From: Lama guanicoe
Taxonomy: Eukaryota
Assembly: GCA_013239625.1 (NCBI GenBank)
Contig: MU057344.1
Coordinates: 1,800,276 to 1,864,275 of the forward strand
Direction of reading: 5' to 3'
DNA length: 64,000 bases
Part shown: positions 60,221 through 64,000 of the stretch, in pieces
Position numbering within the stretch: the stretch's first letter is position 1
Layout: each line of letters starts with the position of its first letter
The notes under the pieces: model-generated
Seen by the model: only the letters and a program-made list of their open reading frames with translations
Told to the model about the DNA's origin: nothing
The model's database searches: none
Position numbers and translations under genes: made by a program

Positions 60221-63200
60221 TCCAGGAGAAGGCCACAGCGGCAGGTGGAGAGTGAGGAGGTGGGCTCCCCCTCCCCCAGCCACACCCCACACTTTCTAGG
60301 TGCCCAGAGGCTCCCCAGGGCAGGGGGGAGCTCTCGGGCCCGCAGTACCCCCAGGGCCAGGCACAGAGGCGGCCCGCAGTCAGGTGGGGACTGCTTGTTC
60401 TCACAAAGTGCTTGCCTCCAGCAGACAGGGGTCATGGAGAAGACCCCGCCTGGCAGGAGAGACGGCCTTCGGGATGGGAGGCGGCACATCTGTCACTGCT
60501 CATGGGGCAAGAAGGGGTTCAGGCTTCCAGCGGAGCTTTGGGAACCAGTGAGGGGAGGGGGCGCCCTCGCTCTGCCGAGGCACCAGGGCTGGGGGCGCCT
60601 CTCACTGCCGGTCTAGCCAGACCCCTCACCAAGACCCAAGATGGGGTGGGGGGCCCAGTTGGGGGCAGGCGAGACGGGAGGTCAGGCAACGGTGGCAACG
60701 GGGGCCCCAGAGGTTCCTGAGCAGGACCCCACTGGGCAGCCGGCACGAGGGTGTCATTTGAGGCACTGAAGCAAGTGGAGCAGCCCAGGGCAGGACCAGA
60801 AGGGTTCTGTCACCTCTCCTCTCAGCCCAGGACTCAGTGCCTAACTTCGGACAATTCTCTGTTTACTCTGGAAGTTATCGGGTTGAGTCTGTTTATACAA
60901 ATCAGCCTCCAAAAATCTGGGAATGGGGCTTTTTTTTCCCATTTGTTTCCCAGAAAACAAGACAAAATGTAGAAGGCCCAGAAGGGAGCCAAGAACATTC
61001 CTTGGTTCCCCAAATGTCCAGGTCTCTCCACTCTCCCTCCAAGGCCAAGTTCCTCGGACAGCTCACACTTCGGCGGAGAGGCGGGACCGCGACCCGGGGG
61101 CCAGCGGCCACTTCTGCTCTGAGCTGCCCCCACGGCAGGGGCTGAGGCTCAGGGAGGGCCAGTGGGGCCGGGCGGGGCATGCTCTCAGCCATGTCCTCTG
61201 CATGGGCACGCGTGTGTGTGTGCGTGTGGTCTCTCTCTCTGTACCAAGAACTCTGACTTCTGGGCTCACATGGGGACCCCCAAACCCACTCTAATCCTGT
61301 GAATAGTCGAGGCCCACACGTGCCATCCAGGCCATGGAAGCCCCATTGTCGGGTGTCCACCCTCGGCTCTGGACAACAGGATGTGATGCCCTCTCTTTGC
61401 CTGTTTCTGTTTCAAAGCCAAGACCAGGAAGAATGGGCGGAGGAGGGGGCTCAGCACTTCTCTCTCATTTCCTGAAGCAGCGCTCAGAACCCTGCCAGGA
61501 ACAGGGCTGGGCCTCGGGGGGGAGCCCGGCCGCTTCTGGGTGAGAATGTTCGGCCGGGCTCCGACACCCTGCAGTGAAACATGAGGGCTGGACACTCAAG
61601 CCTCTGGCCAGCCAAGCACCTGCCCCGCTGGGAGCCCATCCGCCAGACCCACCCCGTCCCAGACACAAGGCTGGCCAGCAGCACCTCCCCAGGCCGGTTC
61701 CTGAGTGGGGAGCTGGCCCCTCCCAGGGCCCACCCTCTGGTGGGTGGCTCACTCCCCACCAGAGCGCCAGGGGCTTGGCCAGGACAGCTCTCCACAGAGA
61801 CGCCCCGCAGGCCCTGGTGTTGAGCCCCATGCCTGGTGCCAGTAGGATTCCAGAGCTATGGGCTCGGACAGATGGACAGACAAACTGATGGATTTGGGCA
61901 AGGGCAGAGGAGCTCAGAGCCACCCGACCCTGACCCGGCCAGGTCCAGGTTACATGTCCCCCTTCATGGCCTGATCACACCCCTGCAGTGGGACTCCTGA
62001 CTCCCCCTGGACTGAAGGTCCCTGAAATCAGGCCACGTCTGCTCAGAAGCCCCCAGCTGGGCCTGGCAGACAGGAAAGGCCAACAAAGAAATTTTGGAGG
62101 AATGCTTGCCAAAAGAAGGGAAATTGAACAGCAATGAGTATTTCGTTTGAGATCTGGATCTGAGTGTAAGTTCTATGTTTTCTGCAAAAAGCCCTCCTCC
62201 AGCTCCCAGACGGCCCCCCTGAGAAGGAGAAATGAGGCTGTTGCTCGGAGAGTTAGAATCCAGGCGACCTGAGTGGACCGGCAAGCGAAGCCTCTGTCCT
62301 ACAGATGGGGACACAGACAGGAGGGAGGCCAGCGCAGCCACTCCGGGCGTCCTGAGACACAGGCCCCACGGTGCCCACACACCCGGGGAGGGAAGGCTAT
62401 GGCCCTGCCCAGGCACGAGTCCAGACACCCCGAGGGGCGGCAGCCCTCCGCTCCCCAGGGCGCAGGGCACAACTCCTCTGCCAGAGCGCACCTCCCTGCC
62501 ACCCCAGCCCTTCCTGGCACCGAGGCCTAAACAGAAGCCCTGGTCTTCCCAATTTCAGGAATCCCCGCTGTCCATCCCTAGACAGACCCTGGGAGCCACC
62601 CCTTCCCTCACACAGATCCTCCCCCGCACCGGCTCAGTCTCTCTGCCCTGGCCTGGTGTCGCTCTGGCCACCAGCCTGGCCCCGGCTTGAGCCACCGTGG
62701 CTGCCTGACTTCCAGCCTCAGCACCTCGGGAGTCTGCTCCCCAGTCCTGAGTTAAAGCTCTCAGTCTCCCAACAGAAGTGAACCCCCCAGGAAGACAGTG
62801 AGCAAGGATGCAGTATAACCGCCCCCCCCACCGCTCCTTGTGCCCCTACTGGATCCCTAGTGACCCGGCCGCTGGCCTTGTTGGCCCCTGTGGCTCCCTG
62901 TGCCGGGCGCGACCCCACGTGGGCCCGCCCATGTCTTCACAGTCACATCCAGTGCGGCTCCTGAGGTCCTCAGGGGCCCAGCCGCCTCATTTTCTATCCC
63001 CTCCTCCTGAATCCCATCCCCACGGCCACCACTCTTGAAACTGTTCCCTTTACTGCCTGCTCTCCTCCCACCAGGACGCAGGCCTCACACGGCACCCAGC
63101 TCCCCGGCACGGGGCCTGAACGCGGCAGGGTTCAGCGACGTGCGGGGCAGATGAGTGAACGGGTGGAGGGGGCAGTGCGCCCAGGCAGCCCCAGCCCTGT

Positions 63201-63877
63201 CCTGCCCTGGGACCACTCGCCGGGTCTCACCCTCTCTTCCCCACTTGTCCCTTGGGCCTCGGCACCTGTCACAGGTGACACTGGGTGTCCCTAGTGGGGC
63301 TGGCAAAGGGAGTGGAGGAGGAAACGCGCGGAGCTGGCGCTCTAGCTGGAGCCAAGTCCACGCTGTTGGCAGTAAATCCCAGGCGGCCCCCTGCGCCGGC
63401 TCTGGGCTCTCGCTGCCACCAGGGGGCACCAGTGCCTCGCCCTGAGTGCGCAGGAGGGGAAGGCAGATGGTCCCTGCTCTGGGGCAGGAGCCCCTCCAGG
63501 AGGGTCTGGGGTCCCTCATGCCCTGTGGTCGTTCTCTCAGTGCCTCCCTGCAGCCCACAGAAGCCCTGGGAGGGCAGCCAAGGTCCGTGCCCAGCAAGGA
63601 GAAGGGCAGGGACACAGCCTGGCCCTGTGTGCACGTCTGCCTAGCATGGGTGAAGCCCGGATGGGAATCGCTCCGTGTGCAGGACTAGCTACCCGCCCCC
63701 CCCACCCCACTGAGTCACTCAGCTGGCATCTTCCCGACTGGAACTCAACCCACCCACCCCCCTGCAGGCCGCCACTGCCTCCCAGGGTCCCTGGGGGGCT
63801 GCCTGCCCCGGGCGTCCCGGGGACAAGAGTGGGGTGTTGACAGGTGTGGGAGTGAGCCTGGCCGTGGGCCACCACCT

Positions 63878-63960
63878 CGTTTATTCCTCCATCCATCATC
63901 CATTCATTCATACGAACAGCACAGAGGGCCCAGCAAAGGGAAGGCCTGCCCACATCAAGC
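63878..63960 (-). mobile_element. L2 3' tail fragment
   Basis: tttattcctccatccatcatccattcattcatacgaacagc, a (CATT)n-type L2 tail. Confidence 0.4.
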
Positions 63961-64000
63961 ACACACGGAGGGAACTGTACAGACGCACCCGCTCTCCAGG

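Overview
Very GC-rich mammalian (eutherian) genomic DNA with no obvious Alu or other young SINE. It carries the 3' part of MEGF6 (multiple EGF-like domains 6) on the minus strand. I traced 35 coding exons by hand, from a CpG-island alternative first exon (ATG 39837, signal peptide) to the stop codon at 5569. Every intact internal exon is GT-AG and phase 1-1; without the damaged exon S13 they join into a 4326-nt frame (1441 aa). The first exons of the long isoform lie beyond the right edge. The large intron holds MIR551A (60125-60220) and old MLT1, L1M, MIR and L2 relics. Main anomalies: (1) EGF exon S13 (~17.8-17.9 kb) has lost its 3' end and splice donor, with a possible in-frame rescue through an upstream AG; (2) a frameshifted calcium-binding-EGF pseudo-exon at 52830-52963; (3) a miR-551a copy with a seed substitution and a weakened lower stem; (4) an ~90-bp inverted repeat pair just downstream of the internal promoter; (5) an extra EGF exon and a poly-Glu expansion relative to human. 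I found no new multi-gene system. Comparisons with human and rodent sequences are from memory and were not searched.
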